The translations under genes were made by a program, and so were the position numbers. Below are positions 20,901-28,957 of a DNA stretch of 64,000 nt, in pieces. Position 1 is the first letter of the stretch. Each line of letters begins with the position of its first letter. Source of the stretch: an uncultured Clostridia bacterium (GTDB taxonomy: Bacteria > Bacillota > Clostridia > TANB77 > CAG-508); assembly GCA_947627935.1 (NCBI GenBank), contig CANQXY010000005.1, positions 179 through 64,178 of the forward strand, given 5' to 3'. The notes below the pieces were generated by a model. It was not told the DNA's origin, did no database searches, and worked only from the letters and a program-made list of their open reading frames with translations.

Positions 20901-22622
20901 TTTTAATTGTCTCATTTGCCATAATTCTACTCTTATATTTTGAACTAAAAGTTTATTTGTATCATATGTATTTGCAGCATTATCATTTACTGATTTTTCA
21001 TCTTTACCTTCTTTTTTCGGTGTCCATACTTTACCAGTAATCTTAAATTCTTGCTCCTTATCCCTTATATTTTTTGCAATTTCCTTATCTTCCGTATTTG
21101 TATTATTTTCTTTTATTTTTGCAGTTACAATTGCTTTTCTACCTAAATTGCTATTATTATAACTAGAATTACTAATAGCTACTTCCTCAAATATATATTT
21201 TCCTGAAACAAGTCCTGTAATAAGTATATTTCCATTTGATCCTGTATTGAATTTTGTTGCTTGATCTCTTGAAGTAACATATTTTATTGTTCCGCTTTGA
21301 TCTTTACTTACATATAATCCTGTATCTTTATGTTGAAGTATAAATTGAACATTTTCTACTCCAGTATTATCATAAACATCCCTTTTAGATATGTCAACTT
21401 GTGCTTTTTTTAAATTATATTCAAATGTTATATCATTATACTTTATAGCTTTGCTACTTGTAGTAAGTTTTTTTATTAATTTCTGCTTGTAAGCTTTTGA
21501 TGGTTTTAATAATTCTATTTTTGCTGAATATACTGTTATTCCAGATTGTTTTGGCCTAAGAGTAATTTTTATTTTATTTAAATTAATTACATCATTAATA
21601 TCTATTGGATTTTTTTCGCCCTCAAGTGGAATTAATAGATAAAATGGACTGTTCTTTTTTATTGTGATTCCACAAGTACCTATATTGTTTTGATTATCAA
21701 TAGCTTTTATACCAGAAGTTATAGTGCTACCATCTGCCTTTGTTACAGATATATTAAAATCATTTTCAAGTGTGTTTCCACTAAAATCCCATGTTATTGG
21801 TCCAATTTTAAAATATTTTATATTTTGCTTATTATCTGGATGTATATAATTTTCAATAGTTGGGCAAAAATCTGTAGTTCCAGTATTATCGTTGAAAGAT
21901 GCTTCACCTTTATAATTGTTTAATTGTGTTACATATGCTTTTGCACCATTATATATGCTAGAGTCAGTCATTACAAAACTTGCGTCATTACTTCCAAATC
22001 CAGATCCAAGTTCCGTTGTAAAACTCCAAAACCATTTATATAATGCTTGCTGTGCTGGTGAATAACTAACTGAAGTTCCTCCCCTATATCCATTTCCATG
22101 TGCTAGTATATATGCTATTCTTGCAGCATTATCACTTGTTATTGTTTTGTTACCCATAGTTGCTGTTCTTGCATTTTGTAATGTACAATCTGGATTTATT
22201 GTAATAGTTCCTGCACTGTTATATGTTGTTTTTACCTCGTTTTTTTCATCCAAAATTTTATATTTGTAACCTGTAACTCCAAGATAATGGGTACCACCAT
22301 TTCTTGTAGCCTGATCGTGCACATAGCTACTTTTACATAATACACTTGTTTGATTTGAAGGAGCAGTAGAATTTGGTTGTTTATAATACTTCTCACTATA
22401 TTTATTATATCCATTACATTTTACTGAATTTACCTCATACCATTCTAAATATTTTCCATCTTCAGTTTCATTTATTCTGTTATCATGATTAACACAATAT
22501 AAATCTGTTCTTGTTTTAAGATCACTCCAGCCAATTGAGTCTGCTCTAACTGAATATTGAGGTACTATTATAGCTCCTAACATTATTATCATTAGTAATA
22601 TTATTTTTTTAATTTTAGTCAT
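17940..22622 (-). CDS. Giant cell-surface protein: signal peptide, thioester-domain-like N-terminus, Cna-B/SdrD-B-like domains, XPXTG-type C-terminal sorting signal
   Basis: 1560 aa. The signal peptide is MTKIKKIILLMIIMLGAIIVPQYSVRA. Prealbumin-fold-type motifs include SGKYIFEEV, TGANGNYSFK and NENGNYTISGFIPGDYTLQYQYD. The C-terminus is VTITPPTGS + hydrophobic segment + KRKK. Confidence 0.8.
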   Translation of the reverse strand: MTKIKKIILLMIIMLGAIIVPQYSVRADSIGWSDLKTRTDLYCVNHDNRINETEDGKYLEWYEVNSVKCNGYNKYSEKYYKQPNSTAPSNQTSVLCKSSYVHDQATRNGGTHYLGVTGYKYKILDEKNEVKTTYNSAGTITINPDCTLQNARTATMGNKTITSDNAARIAYILAHGNGYRGGTSVSYSPAQQALYKWFWSFTTELGSGFGSNDASFVMTDSSIYNGAKAYVTQLNNYKGEASFNDNTGTTDFCPTIENYIHPDNKQNIKYFKIGPITWDFSGNTLENDFNISVTKADGSTITSGIKAIDNQNNIGTCGITIKKNSPFYLLIPLEGEKNPIDINDVINLNKIKITLRPKQSGITVYSAKIELLKPSKAYKQKLIKKLTTSSKAIKYNDITFEYNLKKAQVDISKRDVYDNTGVENVQFILQHKDTGLYVSKDQSGTIKYVTSRDQATKFNTGSNGNILITGLVSGKYIFEEVAISNSSYNNSNLGRKAIVTAKIKENNTNTEDKEIAKNIRDKEQEFKITGKVWTPKKEGKDEKSVNDNAANTYDTNKLLVQNIRVELWQMRQLKEKTETIDGIKVLTGTYWEDINKNPTTGEVIGQCVGSTKTGANGNYSFKILARYKDELTGYKVKFVYDGIDFIACATPNYNDKQNGSKALENATQRIELNNKYATITGKNNSLTQGEAIHAKGKDSGIVSLSYSYNNKVSTINGLSAGYNKDESNKRVTVKGDAKNAIEATYKLEKGIGNEVVKYLTGNTVEGINLALITRESPDLSVSNQIENVVTTVNGYNNLYKKTIDKRGDGTLNLQPSDSALKVGVTYVEADKLSNLTVYPSDVKTLVDDTVSDKLQIFVTYKVRITNESTSLYNRVKELAIYYDNNYELRFIGNVLDESKYNYVAKDNYRKRLITNSNYSNYSPSEYKKVCINMSQDVIPFNGEPGKNNFKEIYMTFKVSDTEVMNMLEYEQKGEIYTPTMNNIVEINAYSTYSDAQGTAYYAGVDKNSAAGNVNVTNVSQIDNDTGVAREFTINQKEERTLTGTVFLDSTSNELQTGAERKGDSIYKESEDKTLEGVQVTLIGQTINSKNIVTGQLATSVAHNYGNIKTNENGNYTISGFIPGDYTLQYQYDNKTTYKNGEDTVNINTVDYKSAIVYDVEGQTKVKTAFKNGATDWYKLDNPQNAGQVRTQFTRYSEAVDNWETRKGIDENYKNVDRKNTGRENTQNVETAMTATTPRMEVAVELNTISGGNTYTPANYKLLNMDFGITERPRQQMEIEKEVSTVKVALTNDQVLLDAVIIDTEEGRKLQNKASSIKVLPGTDNPKSRGIVDIELDNELIHGATLEIGYTMKAKNTSELDYTNEAYYKYGDKDENSIVKITPSILVDYVSNDLTYDSTNEINIANNWKLVNLDNIKDVIDKGGVLYTDIKGNDIKKENINTLLQSNYWADKEVALAPDESDGNLKLVLTKLLSNTDTDMTYDNDVELIGASKTGGRTIVTKIGEYTFDGGKGIGGSSEEVTITPPTGSTENTMIYYVIISVATIALIVGGIAFISIKRKK

Positions 22623-22641
22623 TATATATCCTCCTCTCTTC

Positions 22642-25600
22642 CTATATTTTAAGCTTTATGAATTTTCTATTTATTAAATATGCTCCTGTTCCAATTACAA
22701 GTATTGTTAATAATGTAATTAGAGCTACATTTACTACAATTTCACCTGTTGCTATACCTATTATGATGTCTGCGTTATTCATATCGCTTTCTCCTTGTAC
22801 TTTATTTCCTGCTTTTGAATTTTCACTTTCTATTCCAGATGGACTATAGCTTTCTGCTATTTCTGCTAAGTTGTTTACTATCTCTGAGTCTTCTGATGTT
22901 ACTACTTTTGTTAATACTAATTTAACTGTCTTTGATTCACCTGGTAATATTTTTTCATTTGCTAAACTTACATTATATAAGTTGTTATCTAATTGATGCC
23001 AATCTTTATTTAGTTCTGAACTAAATTTAAGTCCTGATGGTATGTAATCAACTATACTTCTTACATATCCTTCTGCATCTCCGATGTTTGTTACTTTAAT
23101 TTCATATTCAATTACCATATTTGTATTTTTCATATATTTTGATGGTAATTCTATTTTTGTTGTTGATGTATTAGTAAAATCATATGTTTTTGTTTCTTTA
23201 CTATTTTGTACTATTACTTTGCTTATTTGTTTATCTAATTTTAATTCAAATGTTTTTATATCTTTTAGTCCTATGTTTATTCCTGCTATACTGCTATCTT
23301 TTATTGTTACTTTATCTGTATTTGCTATTGTTTTTTCTTGTCCATCTAATTCTAATTTATTTATTACTACGTCAGAGTTAATAGCTTCATCTACTCCTTC
23401 TGCTTTATATGTTGTTGGCATATATTTTGTATTGTCATATTCAAATACTACTATATAATTTCCTTTTGGTACATTATCTAATGAGTAGAATCCTTCTTCA
23501 TCTGTTGTTGTCTTTATGTCATTTCCATCTGCATCTTTTATAATTTTGTTTTTATCTATGTCTAATAATCTTACTGCTATATTACTTAATAATTCTTCAT
23601 CAGAATCTTTTGTTCCATCCTCATCTGCATCATACCATGCTGTTCCTGATATTGAATAAGTTCCTTCTTTATTTGTGTTTCCACTATTTTCTCCTGGATT
23701 TTCTCCTGGATTTTCTCCATTTCCATTACCATTTTCGTCTTCTGGTAATGCTTCTAAATAGTTTACTATCTCGTTAGATTGAATCGTTGAACTATTATAT
23801 TTTGCACTTGCTATGTTTGATATTTTTTGAGTTTTTGATGTTTGTGCGCCTTCTCTTACTTTTGTTGCAATTTTAAATTCTGTTTCTTCTCCTGGTTTTA
23901 AGTCAATACCTGACTGTAGTACATAATTACCAATTATTTCATTTTCATTAGATTCTTCTATTAATTTACCATCTCTTTCTATAGACTCTATTGTTAAAGT
24001 ATCTGGTACTTCATCTGAAAAATCTATGCCTAAGATATCCATTTCACTATTATTTTTAAATTTAACTGTATAATCAATCTTATCTCCTTCTTTTACATAT
24101 TTATTTGTTGTATTTGAAGATTGATTTACGGATAATGTTGCTGTGTTTATATTATATACAACTTCATTTGCTCTATATTCTTTATCTTCTGTTATAACTT
24201 TAGCATTTATTTTTGATTTAATATTATTTAAGTTATTTGTCATTAAGTCAACACATATAATTATTACATCATCTGCCTCTAAATTATCTATAGTAACTGT
24301 TTTTTCTTCTAAGGAAATTTTACTTTCATCTACATCATCAGATTCAATACTATTTATTTTTAAGTTTTCATCATTAAATAATTTAAATTTTACATTTTTT
24401 ATGTCTTTACCACTATAATTTATTATATCAAATTCTAGTAAGTCTCTATCATATCCTGCAATTAAATTTGTGTTTTCTTCTATATCAATTGCACTTACTG
24501 TAATATTTCCTAAATCTGTTTTTAAATTTAATTCATTAGAATCTGTAGTAACATCATTATTATATTGTACTGTTAATTTATTTGTTATATTTGTATCTTT
24601 TTGTGTTTCTTCTTCTACAGTTACTTGATATTCTTGTTCTATAGATTTTCCTGGTTGTAATAAATCAATTTTTATATCTTCTAGTGATTCTAAGAAATCT
24701 TTATGTATATGTATACCATCATTTTCTTCACAACCGTCACAAAGTCTATATTTTGAACAATATGTATTATCTGGTATATTTTGATGTAATATTACATTTG
24801 TTGCATCTTCTGTTCCTACATTTTCTATTTTTACTTTGTATTTGATTGTTTCTCCACCTGCAACTGTATCTCCATCTTTTACTTCTTCTCCACCTACTGT
24901 TGCTGTTAATGTTGCTTTTAATTCTGGTCCTACTCCTGTTGATACTCCTAATGCTGTTGCTTGTGTTTCTTCTTTTTGTCCATTTAGATTATTTGTATAC
25001 ACTACTTTGTAGTTTTCATATGCTTTTTCGTTGTATCCTAATTTTTCTGGTATTTGTACTCCATATGTTGCTGTTAAGTTTTCTCCTGCTTTCATTTGAT
25101 TTACTGTTATTAAATAACTTTTTACTTCTTCGTTATTTGTTATTTCTTGTGACCATCCATTTTCTGGTGTTAATTCTTCTGTTGCATCTTGTTTTTGGCT
25201 ATAATATATTTTTACTTTGCTTGGATCTATTCCTTGTGCTGTTATTCCTTTTGTTATTGTTGTTTTAATTGTATTTTCACTATTTTTTGTTGGGAAGCTT
25301 CCTAATATTTTTACATCTTTTACTTCTGCTTCGTTATTATTTATTACTTCTATTTTTACTTCTTCTTGTTTTGCTTCTTTTCCTGTTTCAATTATTTTTG
25401 TTTTTTCTTCTTCTTGTCCTATTGTTTCTATATTTAATTGTTCCATTGTATTTGCTACTACCATTCCTGTTGGTGCAACTATTTCTATTTCTTTTTCTAA
25501 TTGTTCTATTGGGCTTGTTGCTTTTTCGTTTGTGTATTCTATTTTTATTTTTTCTGTACTATTTGCTATCTTTTTATTTAATGTCATATTTGCATTTATT

Positions 25601-27501
25601 ATTATTGTTGCCCCTTGAGCTATTTGGCTATCTATGTATTTTGTTTGTTCTCCTTGTAAATTTATTTCTATAACTTTTGCTCCATTATCATCATAAAGTC
25701 TAGCATTTCCTACTTTTAATTCTTCGTCATATAATAAGTTTATTGAATTTACTTTAACATTTTCTACTTGACTTGGTAATTTTACTTTTATTGTAGGATT
25801 TTTATATAAATCATATTTTTCATTGTCTGTTACTAATGTTGCTTTTATTTCTAAACCTTTATTTTCTACTACTGTTGATAAACTTTTCTTGTTTATTTCC
25901 ATTTTTGCTTTTGTTGTTGTTTCTTTTAAAGCAATTTTGTTTGTATCTGTTATTGTTATTCCATCATGTGTTAATACTGTTTCTTGTTTTATTTCTTTCA
26001 TTTCTTTTAATGTTTCTGTTTCGTATTCTTCTGCTTTTATTACTTTTGTATTTTCTATTTTTATTATTCCTGTTGCTACTGGAGCACTTGTTTTTATTGT
26101 TAATTCTTTTACTCCATCTTCATAGTTTACTTCTATTTGTCCTTGTTCATTTTCTATTGTTTTACTTGTTATTTTTGCTATTTGTCTTCCATCTTGGTCT
26201 GCTATTTCTATTGTTCCTTCTTCTCCTAATACATTTAAGATATCTTCTTTACTTATTTTTGTTTGTTTATATTGTGTATTTGCTATTAATTCTCTTTCTC
26301 CATCTACATATGTTGCTTGTTTTTGACTTACTTCTATTCCTTCTTTTGCTTCTGGATAGTTTACATTTATGTCTAATTTTGTTTTATATTCTCTTTCTTG
26401 TTTTGCATATATCTTTCCTTTATATATGCTTTTCTCTTCGTTTTTTGTTTTTATTTCTATTGTTCCGTCTTTTTCTTCTCCAACTTTTATTGTATTTTCT
26501 ACTGTTTTTGTTGTTACTTTACTATTATATAATGTTATTTCTGCTTTTGTATTTATTTCATTTTCTGTTACTTCTACTTCTTCTGGTAATATGTATGTTA
26601 CTACTACTGTATCTTTTGCATTCTTATTCCATGTTATTTTTCCATTTTGTTCTTGGTTTTCAATTTTTATTTGTAATTTATTTTCTTCTTTTATATATTC
26701 CCAGTTATCTTCTGTAAAAGTATTTTCATCTTTTCCATTTGTTGCCTCTGTTCCTAAAGATGTAACTTTTACATCTTCTACTTCTTCTGGTACATTTAAT
26801 TCTATATTAGTTGATTTTACTGGGTATTTATTTTCTTCTAGAGAACTATTTATTTTTATTTGTACTACTCTCTTATTTGTACCTTCTATGTTATATACTT
26901 TATTTGTTAGTATTTGTGCATCTAAAATAGCTCCATTATTTTCTTCATATGGATCTTCTAATATTAGTTTTACTTGTTTTGTTGCTTCTATATCTATTTT
27001 ATCTGCTTTACTATTTGTATATATTCCACTTAATTTTATTTGGCTTTCCATGTTTAATAGACTTAAATCTATTACGTTTCCTTGCTTTGCTGCTATTCCT
27101 AATTCTACTTCCATTGTTTCTCCAGCACGTATTTGATTTAAGCTTATTTGGTTTCCTTCTATTTTATTTATTCCTTCACTTAGCTGGTCTGCTTTAACTT
27201 CAAAGTTACTATCTAATATTTCTACCTTTCCGTTAAAGTACCCTTCATCTTGTACGGATATTTCCATGTATAATTTCATGTTTTCTTCGGCTATACTTTC
27301 TTCCTTTATATCTACCCTTTCGCCGTTTTCTGTTTTGAAGTATGCACTAAATTTAACATTTTTGTTGTTTGTTTCACTACTTTGATTTAATGTTCCTATT
27401 GCATAACTTACAAAACTTGCTCCTAAAAATAGGAAATTAGCCATTGTTAGTGTTATTACTAAACTAATCGCTACTATTGCCTTTAAAACTTTTCTTTCCA
27501 T
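22642..27501 (-). CDS. Giant cell-surface protein with DUF11-like repeats and an SdrD-B-like domain; C-terminal TM anchor
   Basis: 1619 aa with an N-terminal signal/TM (KAIVAISLVITLTMANFLFLGASFVSYA). A DUF11-like block is present (GGETIKYKVKIENVGTEDATNVIL, also EGDKIDYTVKFKNNS). The Ca-type SdrD-B motif is AWYDADEDGTKDSDE...TDEEGFYSLDNVPKGNYIVVFEYD. There is a GENPGENPGENSGN linker and a C-terminal hydrophobic segment plus RKFIKLKI. A 19-nt gap to the next gene implies an operon. Confidence 0.8.
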   Translation of the reverse strand: MERKVLKAIVAISLVITLTMANFLFLGASFVSYAIGTLNQSSETNNKNVKFSAYFKTENGERVDIKEESIAEENMKLYMEISVQDEGYFNGKVEILDSNFEVKADQLSEGINKIEGNQISLNQIRAGETMEVELGIAAKQGNVIDLSLLNMESQIKLSGIYTNSKADKIDIEATKQVKLILEDPYEENNGAILDAQILTNKVYNIEGTNKRVVQIKINSSLEENKYPVKSTNIELNVPEEVEDVKVTSLGTEATNGKDENTFTEDNWEYIKEENKLQIKIENQEQNGKITWNKNAKDTVVVTYILPEEVEVTENEINTKAEITLYNSKVTTKTVENTIKVGEEKDGTIEIKTKNEEKSIYKGKIYAKQEREYKTKLDINVNYPEAKEGIEVSQKQATYVDGERELIANTQYKQTKISKEDILNVLGEEGTIEIADQDGRQIAKITSKTIENEQGQIEVNYEDGVKELTIKTSAPVATGIIKIENTKVIKAEEYETETLKEMKEIKQETVLTHDGITITDTNKIALKETTTKAKMEINKKSLSTVVENKGLEIKATLVTDNEKYDLYKNPTIKVKLPSQVENVKVNSINLLYDEELKVGNARLYDDNGAKVIEINLQGEQTKYIDSQIAQGATIIINANMTLNKKIANSTEKIKIEYTNEKATSPIEQLEKEIEIVAPTGMVVANTMEQLNIETIGQEEEKTKIIETGKEAKQEEVKIEVINNNEAEVKDVKILGSFPTKNSENTIKTTITKGITAQGIDPSKVKIYYSQKQDATEELTPENGWSQEITNNEEVKSYLITVNQMKAGENLTATYGVQIPEKLGYNEKAYENYKVVYTNNLNGQKEETQATALGVSTGVGPELKATLTATVGGEEVKDGDTVAGGETIKYKVKIENVGTEDATNVILHQNIPDNTYCSKYRLCDGCEENDGIHIHKDFLESLEDIKIDLLQPGKSIEQEYQVTVEEETQKDTNITNKLTVQYNNDVTTDSNELNLKTDLGNITVSAIDIEENTNLIAGYDRDLLEFDIINYSGKDIKNVKFKLFNDENLKINSIESDDVDESKISLEEKTVTIDNLEADDVIIICVDLMTNNLNNIKSKINAKVITEDKEYRANEVVYNINTATLSVNQSSNTTNKYVKEGDKIDYTVKFKNNSEMDILGIDFSDEVPDTLTIESIERDGKLIEESNENEIIGNYVLQSGIDLKPGEETEFKIATKVREGAQTSKTQKISNIASAKYNSSTIQSNEIVNYLEALPEDENGNGNGENPGENPGENSGNTNKEGTYSISGTAWYDADEDGTKDSDEELLSNIAVRLLDIDKNKIIKDADGNDIKTTTDEEGFYSLDNVPKGNYIVVFEYDNTKYMPTTYKAEGVDEAINSDVVINKLELDGQEKTIANTDKVTIKDSSIAGINIGLKDIKTFELKLDKQISKVIVQNSKETKTYDFTNTSTTKIELPSKYMKNTNMVIEYEIKVTNIGDAEGYVRSIVDYIPSGLKFSSELNKDWHQLDNNLYNVSLANEKILPGESKTVKLVLTKVVTSEDSEIVNNLAEIAESYSPSGIESENSKAGNKVQGESDMNNADIIIGIATGEIVVNVALITLLTILVIGTGAYLINRKFIKLKI

Positions 27502-27561
27502 ATTGATTTTTCCTCCTTAAATTTTTTTGTATTTAGTCTAAGTAAAGTTTTTCCTTACTTT

Positions 27562-27590
27562 ATAATATATTTTTTAAAAATATAAGTCAA
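27562..27590 (-). promoter_or_regulatory. SigA-type promoter candidate for the giant surface-protein operon
   Basis: On the minus strand: TTGACT (27590-27585), 17 nt, TATTAT (27567-27562). Downstream is the SD AAGGAGG and the ATG at 27501. Confidence 0.5.
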
Positions 27591-27942
27591 TATGATATAT
27601 CTTCCATAAATTTAATTTTACAAATATATCTTTGATATCCTTTTACGGAAGGTCTTTTCTGAATATTTGACACCTCTAATTTTACATTTTCATTACATTT
27701 TTGTTACATTTGAATTTTTAAGTCAAATAAATATTAAAAATGTCAAAATAACACATTGACCCTAAGTTATATTATACTACTGTTTTTTAGTTTTTTCAAT
27801 GGTTATATTAAATTTTTTTAACTTTTTATGTAACTTTGTCAAAAATCTATAAATTAACTTATATGAGTAGTAACAATATTTACTTATATTTCATAATATA
27901 ATATATCTTTCATATATATATTAGTATAAAGAGGTGAATATT

Positions 27943-28092
27943 ATGAATAATATAGATATGGGAAAATTGATGAATATGATAAGTAAGATGGATAAGAAAG
28001 ATTTGCAAAACACTATTGCAAAAGCTAATGAAATTATGAATTCCCCAGATAGAGATAAAATAATTAATGAACTTAAGAAAAATATGAACTAG
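27943..28092 (+). CDS. Small hypothetical protein (49 aa), first gene of a 3-gene plus-strand operon
   Basis: My own translation: MNNIDMGKLMNMISKMDKKDLQNTIAKANEIMNSPDRDKIINELKKNMN. SD AGAGGTGA lies 5 nt upstream. It is below the ORF-track size cutoff. Its N-terminal pattern resembles that of the next ORF. Confidence 0.5.
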   Translation: MNNIDMGKLMNMISKMDKKDLQNTIAKANEIMNSPDRDKIINELKKNMN

Positions 28093-28112
28093 CAAAAGGG
28101 AAGTGATAATTT

Positions 28113-28592
28113 ATGTCTGATGATATGTCTGATGTTTTTAATAATATAAAAAATATGATGGATAATGGCAATTTACCAGATAATATTCAAGAAATTGTTA
28201 ATAATATTAAAAATTCTAATACTTCTAATAATACAGAAAATAATAATTCAAATTCTACCTCTAATAACATTAATATTGATTCAAATAAAATATCTCCTGA
28301 AATGATAAATACTTTATCTAGTTTATTAAATTCTACCTCTAATGAAAAAACTGCAAACAATGATACAAATTCAGAATCTACAATAGACGTAAATACAATT
28401 TTAAAAATGAAAACAATAATAGACTCTATGAATCAAAAGAATGATCCAAGAGCAAATTTACTTTATTCTTTAAAACCTTATTTAAGAGAAAATAAAAAAA
28501 ATAAATTAGATCAATATGTAAATTTACTAAAAATGACTAAAATTGCAGATATTATGAAAAATGAAAAAAAGGAGAATAGTTCTAATGCCTAG
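28113..28592 (+). CDS. Hypothetical Asn/Ser-rich protein (159 aa)
   Basis: SD AAGGGAAGTGA upstream. A low-complexity N/S/T-rich centre is followed by a conserved-looking C-terminus DPRANLLYSLKPYLRENKKNKLDQYVNLLKM. The stop overlaps the next start (ATGCCTAG). Confidence 0.6.
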   Translation: MSDDMSDVFNNIKNMMDNGNLPDNIQEIVNNIKNSNTSNNTENNNSNSTSNNINIDSNKISPEMINTLSSLLNSTSNEKTANNDTNSESTIDVNTILKMKTIIDSMNQKNDPRANLLYSLKPYLRENKKNKLDQYVNLLKMTKIADIMKNEKKENSSNA

Positions 28593-28893
28593 TTACCCTT
28601 TTTTTGGATTTCCCTTTCCTCCTCATAGGCGTTACAATTATAATAATCATAACAACTATAATAAAAATAATGAATTACATAGTAATAATACATTAGAAAA
28701 AGATAAGTATCTAGATAAAGGTACTAATGAGTCTAATAATACATATAGTAATGAACCATATTTATTTGATTTATTTGGAATAAAATTATATTTTGATGAC
28801 ATTTTAATAATATGTTTAATATTCTTTTTATATAATGAAGGTGTTAAAGACGAAGGATTATTTTTTGCTTTGATATTACTACTTCTAACCTAG
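28585..28893 (+). CDS. Hypothetical membrane protein (102 aa)
   Basis: ATG at 28585 with SD AAGGAGAA 10 nt upstream, overlapping the upstream stop. It has a Pro/Phe-rich N-terminus and a C-terminal hydrophobic segment DILIICLIFFLYNEGVKDEGLFFALILLLL. The ORF-track start at 28561 is less likely. Confidence 0.55.
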   Translation: MPSYPFFGFPFPPHRRYNYNNHNNYNKNNELHSNNTLEKDKYLDKGTNESNNTYSNEPYLFDLFGIKLYFDDILIICLIFFLYNEGVKDEGLFFALILLLLT

Positions 28894-28896
28894 AAA

Positions 28897-28930
28897 GGCC
28901 ACAAATATTTTATTGTGGTCTTTTTTTTTA
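28897..28930 (+). terminator. Intrinsic terminator of the small-ORF operon
   Basis: GGCCACAA-atatttta-TTGTGGTC followed by T9. Confidence 0.75.
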
Positions 28931-28957
28931 TTTCAAATATTCTATAATTTTACATTA

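Noticed and set aside
25836-26717. Long plus-strand ORFs (293, 255, 140, 134, 133 aa and others, spanning 23084-27197) antisense to the giant surface-protein genes. Similar ones lie at 5705..6352 and 17117..17344, antisense to the Rpn genes.
   Set aside because: Their translations are almost pure L/F/I/Y/S strings with no SD. This is the expected shadow of purine-rich (K/E/N/T) coding on the opposite strand in an AT-rich genome. The minus-strand ORFs have clear domain content.
27910-28095. 61-aa minus-strand ORF listed in the ORF track.
   Set aside because: It has no SD and a low-complexity I/F/H-rich translation. The same interval holds a plus-strand 49-aa ORF with a strong SD that heads an operon.
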